Origin: a bacterium
Lineage (GTDB): Bacteria; UBA8248
Assembly (NCBI GenBank): GCA_965203325.1
Contig: OZ241875.1
Location: forward strand, 3,328,001 to 3,392,000
DNA: 64,000 nt
Direction of reading: 5' to 3'
Translations under genes and position numbers: made by a program
Shown: positions 28,434 through 38,183 of the stretch, one piece after another
How positions within the stretch are numbered: position 1 is the stretch's first letter
Layout of the letters: each line of letters opens with the position of its first letter
The notes under the pieces: model-generated
Told to the model about the DNA's origin: nothing
The model's input: the letters and a program-made list of their open reading frames with translations, nothing else
The model's database searches: none

Positions 28434-30950
28434 TCAGAACCCACCCGGCATCGAAGGATCTAGCCCCTCTCCAATCAGATAGGGTGCGGTCCGCTCCACG
28501 AGGTTCCGTTCGAATTCTCGCCCGAATTTGGAGGCCCCCAGAAGCATATTGTATATTTCTTTGGCGTCTTCTCCGTGGGCATCAAACCATTTGGGATTGG
28601 CGTAACGAACTTGGCAGAGTCCGCGGTACCCCATTGTGATGTATCGCAACTCGATACTCGGTTCCCCGTTGCGCCGAGGTCGTTGGTCGTGAACGCCTTT
28701 AAGAAGATTTTCTAATTGTCGGTGCAGGAATCGCTTCACTCGTTGGAAGCGTTCCTCGTTCTCGTTTAGCACCTTGCTCACCGCAATTCTTCGCGCCATC
28801 GGGTGCGTCACCGCGGCGAGTAGAAATTTGTCTTGTTTCTGACCTCCAGTGCTCTCCCATTCTCCGATCAATGTATCGTAGATCGTCCTGAGGCTGTCCT
28901 CGCTCCGGGCGGCTCGTCCGACACCCGAGTAGATCGACCACGCCGAGTAGGGGTTATCGATATGGAGTGTACGTCCTCCCTTCCCTTGCGGGTTCTCTAT
29001 CGCATCCAGCAGTACTTCGACCGTTCGTTCCGGGCAGCTGGTGAAGAGCCAAGTGAGTGGCATGTGCAGTCGGTTCGCAGTTGCAGGTTTAAGTTTTTTT
29101 CGGCTGCTTATCCTGGACTCGAGGTCCCGAAGCAACGCGTCGGTAGATTCTCGCAGTAGTCTCAACGAAGCCTGGTGTTGCTGTGGATCATTCGTTCGAG
29201 GGGGTTGTCCATCCGAGCCTAGAGGGAATTTCCTCTCGTTCCACTGATTCTGTGTGCATGTGTACAAATCATCCTTGAGCTGGTAGTTGATCTCCTCCTC
29301 ACCAGCGTCGACTACCCGTTTGAGCAAAGGCTTGAGATCATTCCATCCCTCCTGGCTCGCCTCGAATATGTACAACTCGGGAATGCTGTGGAATGCCTCA
29401 GGGCGATCCGTGGCCATGTCACTCCATTTGATACTGGATCTGGATGCAGCGAGCGCCTCAACCGTGCCGTTCGGGAGGTGTTCAACGATTTCGAGCCGGG
29501 CTTCTTCGGAAAGCGGACGAACCCGTGCAAGGGGCTCCACGATTCTAACGTGATCGCTTGGCCGGATCGTGTGTCCGGTACTCCATCCGCTGTAGCGCTC
29601 GTCCCATGCCCCTTCGTTGCCCCGGCGAAGGTGAAGGTGGATGTGCTCGATGCCCGGTGCCAGGGTGACGCGTCGATCCTCATGGGGACGGGTATGGTAT
29701 GTCTCGCCCGCTGGGATCGCCTCATTCCGGGGCACTACCGACATCCATGAGGTATCCGTTTCCTTCCCATCGGTGCTTACTCGCTTACGAACTTCGAGAT
29801 CGATACCGGTCACTTCATCCAGCCAAGCTGGCGCCTGTGGATCACGCCCTAGGACATCCGCAAGGCGCGACGCCGCCCGAGCCGTATCCGCGCCGGTAAC
29901 ACGGAAAATTCGGATTCCTGCGGCGAGTTCCCGGACCAGTGCTTCGAAGCCAACTGTCATTTCGACACCGACGGGGCTCTCAACGACGATGGCGAGGGGA
30001 GTGCCTTCGGTCTGACTACGGAAATTTTCAATTCGCTGCATAAGAGCAGGCGGCAACGACGCCTTCGCCCACTGGATCGATGGTGCATCACGCCCCACCG
30101 CCCACGTTCCGCCCGCTATAGGCCAGCTCCGATGCTCGATCGCGTTCACATCGATACCTAGTTCCGCGAGCGCCTTCTGCGACATGCCTGTCGCGAGGAT
30201 CTCCACGTATCGCGTCCATCGGTGAATTGCTTCGAGGTCTTTGGCGCCTTGGTCTACCAGGGTCGTCCGTGTGGCCTGCGTCCTCCGTGCGGTCCACGCC
30301 TCATTCTCCTCGCAGTCATCCATCACGGGTTTCCTGACGATGTGCATTGGACCCGTGCTCGTACTACTTGATGGCCAAGCGCGAAGTTCCAGCACCGTCC
30401 AGAATATCCTTCGGTTGACGCTGATTACGAGAACGGTGCCGGGCTTGTCTCCGATTTCTCCTCGGTCCATTACCGCCTTCAGGGCTGCTACGGAGCGCCA
30501 GACCAGCTCGACTCGACTCCGAGTGAGCGTGGTAGGCCGTGCCTCTATCAGTGCGTAATGCAGTGTTTCCAGCGCGGTCTTGCCTGTATCTTCTTGAACA
30601 TTCGGGGTTCCGAGATACCGGCCATCCGGTATGACGAGGGCGAGATGGGCAGGGTTGTCCGTCCTCCGGGCTGCCTCCGTGACGAGTTGCCACAAGGCAG
30701 CGGGCAGTGCACTTCTGTTCTGTGGCGGGCATTTTCCGTGCCCGGCCGCGTAAGCAAGGGCGTCTATTGCGTCGATGAGCGTCGCCCTCGTTCGCGCGTC
30801 CCTTGCCGCTGAAAGTGCTTGCGCACCGAAGAGCCAGATATCCTTGTGTTGGTAAAGGCAAGACCGGAAGCCGAGAGCCCTTGCCTCTCCATCTTCGTCA
30901 ACCAGGTGGTCGAGCCAGCCGTTAACATCGAGGGTGACAAACTGAGTCAT
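28434..30950 (-). CDS. Large protein with divergent Hsp70/actin-like N-terminal domain
   Basis: FVTLDVNG, LALVIPD, ELVWRSVAA, VLVISV occur in Hsp70-NBD order; ATG 30950 is 1 nt after the upstream stop. Confidence 0.6.
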   Translation of the reverse strand: MTQFVTLDVNGWLDHLVDEDGEARALGFRSCLYQHKDIWLFGAQALSAARDARTRATLIDAIDALAYAAGHGKCPPQNRSALPAALWQLVTEAARRTDNPAHLALVIPDGRYLGTPNVQEDTGKTALETLHYALIEARPTTLTRSRVELVWRSVAALKAVMDRGEIGDKPGTVLVISVNRRIFWTVLELRAWPSSSTSTGPMHIVRKPVMDDCEENEAWTARRTQATRTTLVDQGAKDLEAIHRWTRYVEILATGMSQKALAELGIDVNAIEHRSWPIAGGTWAVGRDAPSIQWAKASLPPALMQRIENFRSQTEGTPLAIVVESPVGVEMTVGFEALVRELAAGIRIFRVTGADTARAASRLADVLGRDPQAPAWLDEVTGIDLEVRKRVSTDGKETDTSWMSVVPRNEAIPAGETYHTRPHEDRRVTLAPGIEHIHLHLRRGNEGAWDERYSGWSTGHTIRPSDHVRIVEPLARVRPLSEEARLEIVEHLPNGTVEALAASRSSIKWSDMATDRPEAFHSIPELYIFEASQEGWNDLKPLLKRVVDAGEEEINYQLKDDLYTCTQNQWNERKFPLGSDGQPPRTNDPQQHQASLRLLRESTDALLRDLESRISSRKKLKPATANRLHMPLTWLFTSCPERTVEVLLDAIENPQGKGGRTLHIDNPYSAWSIYSGVGRAARSEDSLRTIYDTLIGEWESTGGQKQDKFLLAAVTHPMARRIAVSKVLNENEERFQRVKRFLHRQLENLLKGVHDQRPRRNGEPSIELRYITMGYRGLCQVRYANPKWFDAHGEDAKEIYNMLLGASKFGREFERNLVERTAPYLIGEGLDPSMPGGF

Positions 30951-30951
30951 T

Positions 30952-32460
30952 TCAGGACGTAACCTTTGCGGCCCATTTCTCCAGCCTTGTATCCCAAGCG
31001 TGTGCGCGGTCCCATGGGAGTTCGCCGACTGATCCATCGTTGTCAATGTAGAGGTCCTGTGCGTCCCACCAGATATTGCATCTCGGACCGGCCGCGGCGA
31101 TTGCGCCGAGCAAGCCACCATCGTCATTGATTCGGTATTCTATGACCCTTAATGAGCTGTTGCTCGCAATCCCTAACGTAGATCGGATGCCTGCGTCCTG
31201 GAGATAACATCCCTGATTTGGTGCGTCTATTGTTCTAATGACAGGGCCGTGCGCAAGTATCCCGTTGTCAGCGCGGTCATGGATAGCTTGGTGGAGCTTC
31301 ATTGCCGCACGGAGCCCGAGCAACTCCATGAATGTTCGATGTTGCCACATCCATTCGAGTTCGGCGGCAGTACTTCTCGCGCGCAATTCCAGCCAAGCGC
31401 GCCAGATTTCCCGGTAGCGGGGGTCGAAGCGCAACGGAAAGTTGGGTTGAACGGGAGGTCTAGCCTCGGGCACCTCGCGTTCTCGAAGGATGCCCTCGAT
31501 GCGCCGAGCGCGGAGTTGGTGGGCCTCGATGATCGCCTTGCGCGCGCCGTCCATATCTGGCGCAGAAACACGGTTGGCGAGCCAGCCTTTCGTCTCCAGC
31601 ACCGTCAATGCTGCGAAGGCCCGGAGCACCCGATTTTCAAGGGTTGCGATAGTCTCGTATCGCTTCGGCGCCTTGATTCGCTGTCGGGCACCAGCCCGTT
31701 CGGCCGTGTTTCTACCAGGCTGGGCCGAAAGCCAACGGAGAGTCTTCGCGTCGGTGCGGTGCACTGTCTGAAGCTTTAGCATCCGGTGTTCGGTTCGAAG
31801 CACCGCTCGCGGTCGTTTGGCGAGATCTTCAAGCACGGCGCGTAACTGTCTTGCCTGCCTCGCAAGGAGTTCGCCTTGCGGATCGCCCTCTTCAAGCCGC
31901 TGGTCGTTCCAGATGCGCTCCAGCCGATCGTAGGCAGCCCCGATCGAGGGCTCGGTTGCAAATGCGCTTGGCGCCGCACTGAGCACCCTCCCGGCGCGCC
32001 TCAGGAGTATGACTCTGGGTCGTCGGGCCTGACCGTCACGGCGGCGATCATCCTGCGGCCTCTGCCAAGCTGTTACGTCCAAGACGAGAACTGTCCCTGG
32101 CTTCAGGGTGATCACCATCGTTCGATCCGTTCCGACGCGCCATGGGACGAGCCAAGCTTGTAACTTTTCCCCAGAGAATTGCTCACTTCCGGTGGTTCCT
32201 GCAAGCAGTTGACCTGGTTTCCGTCCCGGGATTCGGGGAAGTGGCTGACGGTGACGCCCTTCCAGAATTGGGTACTGCTGCGGTAGTTCCCCGCACTCAG
32301 CCACGATGACGGGCGGCCCTTTTCCATCAGTCGGAGACAGCCTTGTCCGGCAGTCGGGAGCGATTTTCTCCCACATTGCCGGGGCAACTCCGGCAGCTTC
32401 ACGACTGAATTCTTGGTATGACTCACAGAGCCACATGGTTGTCCGTCTCAGGATTTCCAT
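30952..32460 (-). CDS. McrC-like DUF2357 protein, nuclease motif not evident
   Basis: DAKTLRWLSAQPG, YETIATLENRVL, PNFPLRFDPRYREIW. Confidence 0.8.
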   Translation of the reverse strand: MEILRRTTMWLCESYQEFSREAAGVAPAMWEKIAPDCRTRLSPTDGKGPPVIVAECGELPQQYPILEGRHRQPLPRIPGRKPGQLLAGTTGSEQFSGEKLQAWLVPWRVGTDRTMVITLKPGTVLVLDVTAWQRPQDDRRRDGQARRPRVILLRRAGRVLSAAPSAFATEPSIGAAYDRLERIWNDQRLEEGDPQGELLARQARQLRAVLEDLAKRPRAVLRTEHRMLKLQTVHRTDAKTLRWLSAQPGRNTAERAGARQRIKAPKRYETIATLENRVLRAFAALTVLETKGWLANRVSAPDMDGARKAIIEAHQLRARRIEGILREREVPEARPPVQPNFPLRFDPRYREIWRAWLELRARSTAAELEWMWQHRTFMELLGLRAAMKLHQAIHDRADNGILAHGPVIRTIDAPNQGCYLQDAGIRSTLGIASNSSLRVIEYRINDDGGLLGAIAAAGPRCNIWWDAQDLYIDNDGSVGELPWDRAHAWDTRLEKWAAKVTS

Positions 32461-32463
32461 CCA

Positions 32464-34497
32464 TTAGTATGTGTAGCCCGGCCAAGTGAAGATTTGAGAA
32501 GCTTGAGAGGCAGTCGCGGCGTCCTGTAACGCTTCTGCAAAATCAGGGTCGCCCAAAGTGTCTTCGCTCAGTCGCCGCAGTCCATCGACGGTTTCCTGGC
32601 AGTCGCTCATTTCAGACCCAGCGAGCTTCGGAAGAAGACGCATGTTGATTTGGTCAATCATGGGAATCCGCCAGTCCTGTCCAGGGTATCGTTGGATGTA
32701 AGCCTTGATGCTCTGTGCAATTCGGTAACCAAACCCTCTTCCTGCGCTCTGCATCAATTTCGCGAGTTCTTCGAGTGTTTCGTCGACTTGTTGGGCTCCT
32801 GCCACGACTGTCGTTTGACGATCAGACCATTCGAGCCAACGCTTGTAGGGGAGATAGCCTGCGGCTTCCTCAACGCCGTGTTCGGGCGCAGCGCTGTGTT
32901 CGCGAAGCGTGCCCGGCTCGGGTGGTGCGAAGCGGATCGAGTTTGCTCGGTCCAGAACCTTGTCGGATAGCGCTTGGGTGGTCTCATCCTCGTTCAGCGT
33001 GCCGACCCAGAGGACATTGTGCGGCACATAGAGGTGTTTTGGGCGTTCGTTCTCGGCGTAAGGGAGATCGATCGCGATCTGTGCATCCTCGCGATCTTCC
33101 CAGTCTCCGTGTCCGTTTACCCGTGGCCCTCGCATTTCAAGCCTTGAAAGAAACTCGGAGAAATAGTACTCAGTTCGTGCGAGATTCATCTCATCAAGGA
33201 GGATAATGAGCATCCTCTCGTCCCAATCTCGGTCAGGTTCGATCCCAATGTCTTGCGCAAACTTCTTGTCAAAGCGCCCAAGTGCACGCGCCCGATCAGT
33301 GGGCCGATAGCGCTCTGCGACGAAGTCGTAAAAACCGAGGATATCCTGTGGTGAGTCCCAGCCCGGTTCCACAGGTACATGCAGGAAATGGATCCCGAAG
33401 AACCGGGCGTATGCTCTCGGAAGCTGGCTCTTGCCGGTGCCGCTCAGCCCGCTCAGCACGGTCAGGGGCGAGAGGTCATTCACTTTCAACGCCGTGTGGA
33501 AGGCGCGGATAATTTGCCCTGGATACCGTAGCCCCAAATCCTTCAAGGTGATCTCAAACTCGGTGAGCAGATCGTCTTCGGTCGTTTCTGCGCGCATTTC
33601 CTTATATCCAAGCAAAGAGTCCGGAGTGATCCGGAACGCGCTCAGCTTTTCTTCACTAGAGGCGTCTGTGTCACCATCCGGCATTTCTCCTCGTCTCGCC
33701 GCGAGCTCCGTAGTGGCGTGGTTTAAGGCCTCATTGGTCTCAGCGAGGCGTTTCTGGCGTCCGGTCAACTCTTTGTTCAGGTCCTCCATCTGGTCCTTGA
33801 GTTGATTCACTTCCCCAAGAAGACGTTCATTTTGTGGTTTCAAGGTATCTGTCTGCTCTTGTTTTATTCGCTCAAGCAACTCCTGAGCCTCTTTGGTTTC
33901 GTCATTGAGACGCTCTCTCTTGCTCTCGAGCCTCCCTGCCTCATCTTCGGCCTGCGAACGCCGAGCGTCGGCTACGGCGTATTCTTTCTGAGCATCCTCG
34001 GTCGCCTGTCTCAGCTTGTCGTAGGCTTCCATCCTTTCGGCAAGCAGTTCTTTCCAGGCGCTTTCGCTTCCTGTCATCTCGGGCGGATAGGGATCGAGTG
34101 CTGCTTGAATCTCTCGAAGTCGCTGACCGGCCTCGGCTCGTCGGAGTTCAAGTTCGTCGATACGTTTCGATTCCTCTCTTTCGAACTCCTCCAGTTCTTG
34201 GCGCATCGCTTCGAGATTCTCATGATCGCGCCGAACTGCTTCCCAACGGTCTAGAGCATCTTGGGCTCGGAGCCCGTCTTTGAGGATCGCCTCCCGCTTC
34301 GCGCGCAACTCTTCAATCTCAGCTAACTCGTTGGCTCTTGCTTGTCTGAGCGCTTCAATCGATTGCTCCTCGGTTCCGCGGCTTTTCAGCCCATATAGTT
34401 GTCCTATAAGGAACATGACAACGAGCAATGCGAACATGGCTCCGAAGAGCATAAACTCGACAGCATTCCCATCGAGGCTGAGGCCGCCAACCGTCAT
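32464..34497 (-). CDS. McrB-like AAA+ GTPase with N-terminal TM helix and long coiled coil
   Basis: FMLFGAMFALLVVMFLIG; heptad region; Walker A GLSGTGKS, Walker B LLDEMNLA, NEDE motif, LSDKVLDR. Confidence 0.9.
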   Translation of the reverse strand: MTVGGLSLDGNAVEFMLFGAMFALLVVMFLIGQLYGLKSRGTEEQSIEALRQARANELAEIEELRAKREAILKDGLRAQDALDRWEAVRRDHENLEAMRQELEEFEREESKRIDELELRRAEAGQRLREIQAALDPYPPEMTGSESAWKELLAERMEAYDKLRQATEDAQKEYAVADARRSQAEDEAGRLESKRERLNDETKEAQELLERIKQEQTDTLKPQNERLLGEVNQLKDQMEDLNKELTGRQKRLAETNEALNHATTELAARRGEMPDGDTDASSEEKLSAFRITPDSLLGYKEMRAETTEDDLLTEFEITLKDLGLRYPGQIIRAFHTALKVNDLSPLTVLSGLSGTGKSQLPRAYARFFGIHFLHVPVEPGWDSPQDILGFYDFVAERYRPTDRARALGRFDKKFAQDIGIEPDRDWDERMLIILLDEMNLARTEYYFSEFLSRLEMRGPRVNGHGDWEDREDAQIAIDLPYAENERPKHLYVPHNVLWVGTLNEDETTQALSDKVLDRANSIRFAPPEPGTLREHSAAPEHGVEEAAGYLPYKRWLEWSDRQTTVVAGAQQVDETLEELAKLMQSAGRGFGYRIAQSIKAYIQRYPGQDWRIPMIDQINMRLLPKLAGSEMSDCQETVDGLRRLSEDTLGDPDFAEALQDAATASQASQIFTWPGYTY

Positions 34498-35471
34498 CGC
34501 GAGGTCTCCGTTCCTTCGTTGGTTCGTTGTGCGTCATTCAGTTCATCAATCATGGCGCGTATCCGCTGGCGGGCCTTTGCTTCCAGGCCAATGAGATCTT
34601 GGAGCCGGGCAGAAGCCGCTTCTTCTCGGGTTTTCACGGTTGTCAACTTGGCCTCCGCCCTGATCAGCTCGTCCCTGGTTCGGTCGCGTTTCTCCTGGAC
34701 CGTTGCTAGTGTAGTGCGTATGGTTTGGATCTCGCCTTGGAGGTTCGCAAGCCGTGTGGTTTGGCGCTGGTTTCCTCTCTTGAGTTCGTCCTTCTCTTCT
34801 TTCAACCGTGCGATCTCATTGCGGATTCCCTGCGCCTCCGCAGTCAATCCCTTGAGTTCTGCTCGTATCGATTCCAGCAGCCGACCTGTGCTGGCGGCAT
34901 CGGACTCGTCCTGCAACAACTTTTGCTTTTGCGCGGCGTGTGCGCCTTTGGTCTGTGCCAGATTCTGCAATACTACGCTCAACTCCTTTCGCACCTCGTC
35001 TCGGCGCTTCCGTTCCGCCTCGGATCGCTTTGACAGATCATTGATTTCATCTTTGTAACTCTTGATTGACCCGGTGAGTTGATCTCCCCTTGTTTTCAGC
35101 ATGCCTATATCCGAGTTGAGGGCTGCCACTTCTTTCGCCAGGCGGTCGCGCGCACCGCGTGTTCTTGTTTCTTCTGCTTGTAGGTTTGGCAGTTTCTTGG
35201 CGATGGTGCTGGCTCGTTCGGCTTTCATCTCTAGATCCGCGAGTTCCGCCTTCCGCTCCGCTATCTTTGCGATCAGTGAATTACGTTCTTGCCGTAAGCC
35301 CGGCAGGCGGGCGGCGATATCAGCAGCCTCTCTCCGGTTCTCGGGCAAAGTCAGAATTTCCTCTCCAATCGCCACGCACGCCAGTGCAAGTATCACCGTA
35401 ACGACCGCCAGAAGCCCGATTGTGAGTCCAACGGTGCGGCGTTGGCGCTTGGCTGTATCCGATGTTGTCAT
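34494..35471 (-). CDS. Membrane-anchored coiled-coil protein
   Basis: VGLTIGLLAVVTVILALACVAIG followed by continuous heptads; ATGA overlaps at both ends. Confidence 0.85.
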   Translation of the reverse strand: MTTSDTAKRQRRTVGLTIGLLAVVTVILALACVAIGEEILTLPENRREAADIAARLPGLRQERNSLIAKIAERKAELADLEMKAERASTIAKKLPNLQAEETRTRGARDRLAKEVAALNSDIGMLKTRGDQLTGSIKSYKDEINDLSKRSEAERKRRDEVRKELSVVLQNLAQTKGAHAAQKQKLLQDESDAASTGRLLESIRAELKGLTAEAQGIRNEIARLKEEKDELKRGNQRQTTRLANLQGEIQTIRTTLATVQEKRDRTRDELIRAEAKLTTVKTREEAASARLQDLIGLEAKARQRIRAMIDELNDAQRTNEGTETSR

Positions 35472-36460
35472 GCGTTCTCCTCCGTCGTGCGATCGCGACC
35501 GGCAAGCGGCACCGCTGACGCAGCTTCCTCGGCGATGTGTTTGATGCATTCCATTTCATCTCGTTCAATCTCGTCGGTCCAGAGCCGTATCGGTCGCCAG
35601 CCAAGTCGTTTAAGCACTCGATCCCGACGTTCGTCTTCAGGCCGGCGGCGGTTCGGCAGCTCTTCGTGCCAGTGGCGTCCGTCAACTTCAACGTCTAGCC
35701 TTACGGGCAGTCCGCTGGCGTTGCCGATTACGGCGAAATCAAGGAAGTAATGGGATACCGGGTGTTGCGGAATGGGATCCAGTCCCGCGGCAGTGAGCGT
35801 CTCGCCGAAGCGACGTTCGATTTTTGATCTGCGTGGGAGCGGCCTGAACAAAGGATCGTGATAGAACTGCCAGCGCTGTCGCGCCACTCGGTGGAGGTCA
35901 TCCTCGGCACTTGAGGCAGCGCAGAGTGCTGCAATGAGGTGGACTGTCAGGCCGCGATTTCTCGCTGCCTCGAGCATGCGGCGAAACGGCGGACAAGGGG
36001 CTGGACGTTCGACCCAGTCTCGTCGCGCAATGAGCAGGTCTGGACGTTCGTAGGCACTTTCGATATATGTGACCATCTCCTCAGCCGTCGTCTCGTCTGC
36101 CAGGATGATGCGAAGCTGCCCCGCCTCGCGCCTTACAATCTGGATTTCGTTCTCTGCGGTCTGCGCTGTCAGTCCCGCCTCGGTAAAAGTCCAGCCGATC
36201 ACTGGCGTGTTCGTCTGCAACAGTCGCCATCGGTTCAAGCCATTGAGGGTTAACTCCCCTCGGACGAGGGCCTTTCGGATTGTCTCAAGATGGGTTTGGC
36301 CGAATTGTCTTGGCCGATATGTTCTCAGCCTTCCTCCCAATGGGCGCCGGAGATACCGGCTATGCTGTGCTGGTCCAAGGTAAATCGGTTGGGTCACAGT
36401 CGGTGCTTCCCTTGGTGTGGTTTCACCCCACCTGTAGAGTGTTGCATGCCGTAGCGACAA
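35468..36460 (-). CDS. Protein with C-terminal DUF559/Vsr-like endonuclease
   Basis: SKIERRF..QHPVSHYFLDFA..DVEVDGRHWH..DERRDRVLKRLGWRPIRLW. Confidence 0.85.
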   Translation of the reverse strand: MSLRHATLYRWGETTPREAPTVTQPIYLGPAQHSRYLRRPLGGRLRTYRPRQFGQTHLETIRKALVRGELTLNGLNRWRLLQTNTPVIGWTFTEAGLTAQTAENEIQIVRREAGQLRIILADETTAEEMVTYIESAYERPDLLIARRDWVERPAPCPPFRRMLEAARNRGLTVHLIAALCAASSAEDDLHRVARQRWQFYHDPLFRPLPRRSKIERRFGETLTAAGLDPIPQHPVSHYFLDFAVIGNASGLPVRLDVEVDGRHWHEELPNRRRPEDERRDRVLKRLGWRPIRLWTDEIERDEMECIKHIAEEAASAVPLAGRDRTTEENA

Positions 36461-36569
36461 TGGTGCAGTTCGTGAAGCTTTGTTGGTCCCTGTGAAAGGA
36501 AAGCTTGTCCGCCTCGGCTACTGCCGGTTATAAGTCTTGCAGCACTTATTGCAATTCATTTTCCGTGTT

Positions 36570-36815
36570 CCAGGGTCGCCGGTGAACGGTATTTCCGTTA
36601 CCCGCACACTCAAGGCTCCTGTCGGGACAGGGTTCCTTGCGCTTCCTCATGCCCGTTGCACACAATTGCCGGATTCATCCTTATTCTACAAAATTCGTCT
36701 GTCTTTTGCGTATTTTTTGTCTTTGGTTTCATGCATTTATAGCACATTTATATATTTTTCGCCTTGGCATCCGGTCACGGGAGGCAGGTGATATGAAGGA
36801 AAGCAGCGAGGCGGG
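36570..36815. repeat. Second copy of the AT-rich divergent regulatory block
   Basis: Aligns with 25860-26105. Confidence 0.75.
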
Positions 36816-36985
36816 ACACATCTCGCGGCCGTGTGCGGCGCTTGCGCTGATCACCGCGAGCCCCGACCCAGAGACCGTGCTACGTGAGGTGGTGGAAGGC
36901 ACCCGCGCGCTCACTAGCGCGGGCGACGGCGTGATCCCCACGGTGGACGAATCGGGAGGGCCGCGGTAGTTCGTCATCGAATACC
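36793..36985 (+). pseudogene. GAF-domain sensor N-terminal remnant
   Basis: ITASPDPETVLREVVEGTRALTSAGDGVIPTVDESG then a stop. Confidence 0.6.
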
Positions 36986-37015
36986 TCGACAGGGGTGCTT
37001 CGCACTGCGCGGGAG

Positions 37016-37162
37016 TTGTAACTTACCCGCTTTCGGCTTGTTTACGGATTGCGGAAGGCGAATTCTGAAAGAGACCTCCATATACCAATACTGACAATGC
37101 TTTCAACAAACTACAAAGATTCCCCGTCCGCTGAACCCCCCCCACCCCCTGAAAACACGCGG
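37016..37162. repeat. ~150 bp diverged direct repeat, copy 2
   Basis: Aligns with 27405-27553. Confidence 0.8.
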
Positions 37163-37252
37163 GAGAGCGGGATGCGCGCCCCCTCCCGCCGGGCGTCCGG
37201 GCGTCAATACGGGCAGCGCCAGGCAGCCGTGCAATGCGGGAGACCGCGCCGG

Positions 37253-38131
37253 CTACCTGCGCTTCGCGCCGAACGCGCCGACGTACGCCCCGGTGTCGAA
37301 GGCGCCGAAGGCCTCCTCGTGGCCGGGGCCGTGGAAGCGGCCGGACAGGCGGTCCGTGCCGGGCGCGCCTTTCGCGAAGGCGCCGCCGGAGAGCCGCATG
37401 CCGCGCCATTCGAGCGCCACGCCGGCGCCGCCGTCGTCGAGGTCGACGTCCACGTCGACCAGGGGCCGCGCGAGGTCCGCGATCCGCAGCTCGGCGGTGC
37501 CGGGGAGGCGCGCGAAGTCGCGGGTCCGCGCCGCCTCGGCGATGCCGCTCCAGGTCGCGCCGCCCGTACCCGCCGGGTTCGTCCCCGACGGCTCGCCCGC
37601 CGCCCAGGCGTGCGCCGCACGGAACGTGCCGGTCCAGGTCCGCCCGCCGGCCGAGGCCGACAGGTCGCCCGTCCCGATCTCCACCGCCGCGTAGCCGTGC
37701 ACGCCCCAGAAGCCGTGGCGCGTGAACTCCGCCCCGGTGACCGTCGCCGACGCCCCGGCGAAGGCCCGCGTGAGCGGGGGCCCGCCCGTCGCGCCGCTCG
37801 CCGTGGCGAACCCGGCCCGCATGCCCGTGCCCGCGCGGCCCGCGAGCGCCCGCAGGTCCTCCGCCGGGCAGCCGGCGCCGGGGCAGCCGAGCGGCGTCGA
37901 CCCGGTCTCCCCGATCGGCTCTTCTCCCGCGCGCGTGAGTTCATAATCGAAATAAAGCCCCGAGACGAGCGGCGCGGCGGGTTCGCCGGCCGCGGGCGGC
38001 GGCTGTGTGTCGGGAGGCCGTGTTTCGGGAGGCCGTGTGGACGGCGGCGCCGACGTGTTCCCGCCACCGCAGGCGGCGAGGGTCAGCGCGCACGCGAGCG
38101 CGGCGGCGCAACAAAGTATCCGGTGTGTCAT
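37253..38131 (-). CDS. Surface lipoprotein with TbpB-like C-terminal barrel
   Basis: Lipobox LAAC-GGG, Pro-rich linker, C-terminal LSGRFHGPGHEEAFGAF..GAFGAKR. Confidence 0.8.
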   Translation of the reverse strand: MTHRILCCAAALACALTLAACGGGNTSAPPSTRPPETRPPDTQPPPAAGEPAAPLVSGLYFDYELTRAGEEPIGETGSTPLGCPGAGCPAEDLRALAGRAGTGMRAGFATASGATGGPPLTRAFAGASATVTGAEFTRHGFWGVHGYAAVEIGTGDLSASAGGRTWTGTFRAAHAWAAGEPSGTNPAGTGGATWSGIAEAARTRDFARLPGTAELRIADLARPLVDVDVDLDDGGAGVALEWRGMRLSGGAFAKGAPGTDRLSGRFHGPGHEEAFGAFDTGAYVGAFGAKRR

Positions 38132-38183
38132 GAGAGTCGTTCTCCTTTCAGATCGGAGGCATGTCCGCATCGGCGCATCCCCC

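Noticed and set aside
30951..31127. N-terminal extension of the 897-aa ORF
   Set aside because: Overlaps the DUF2357 gene; ATG 30950 directly after its stop is the better start
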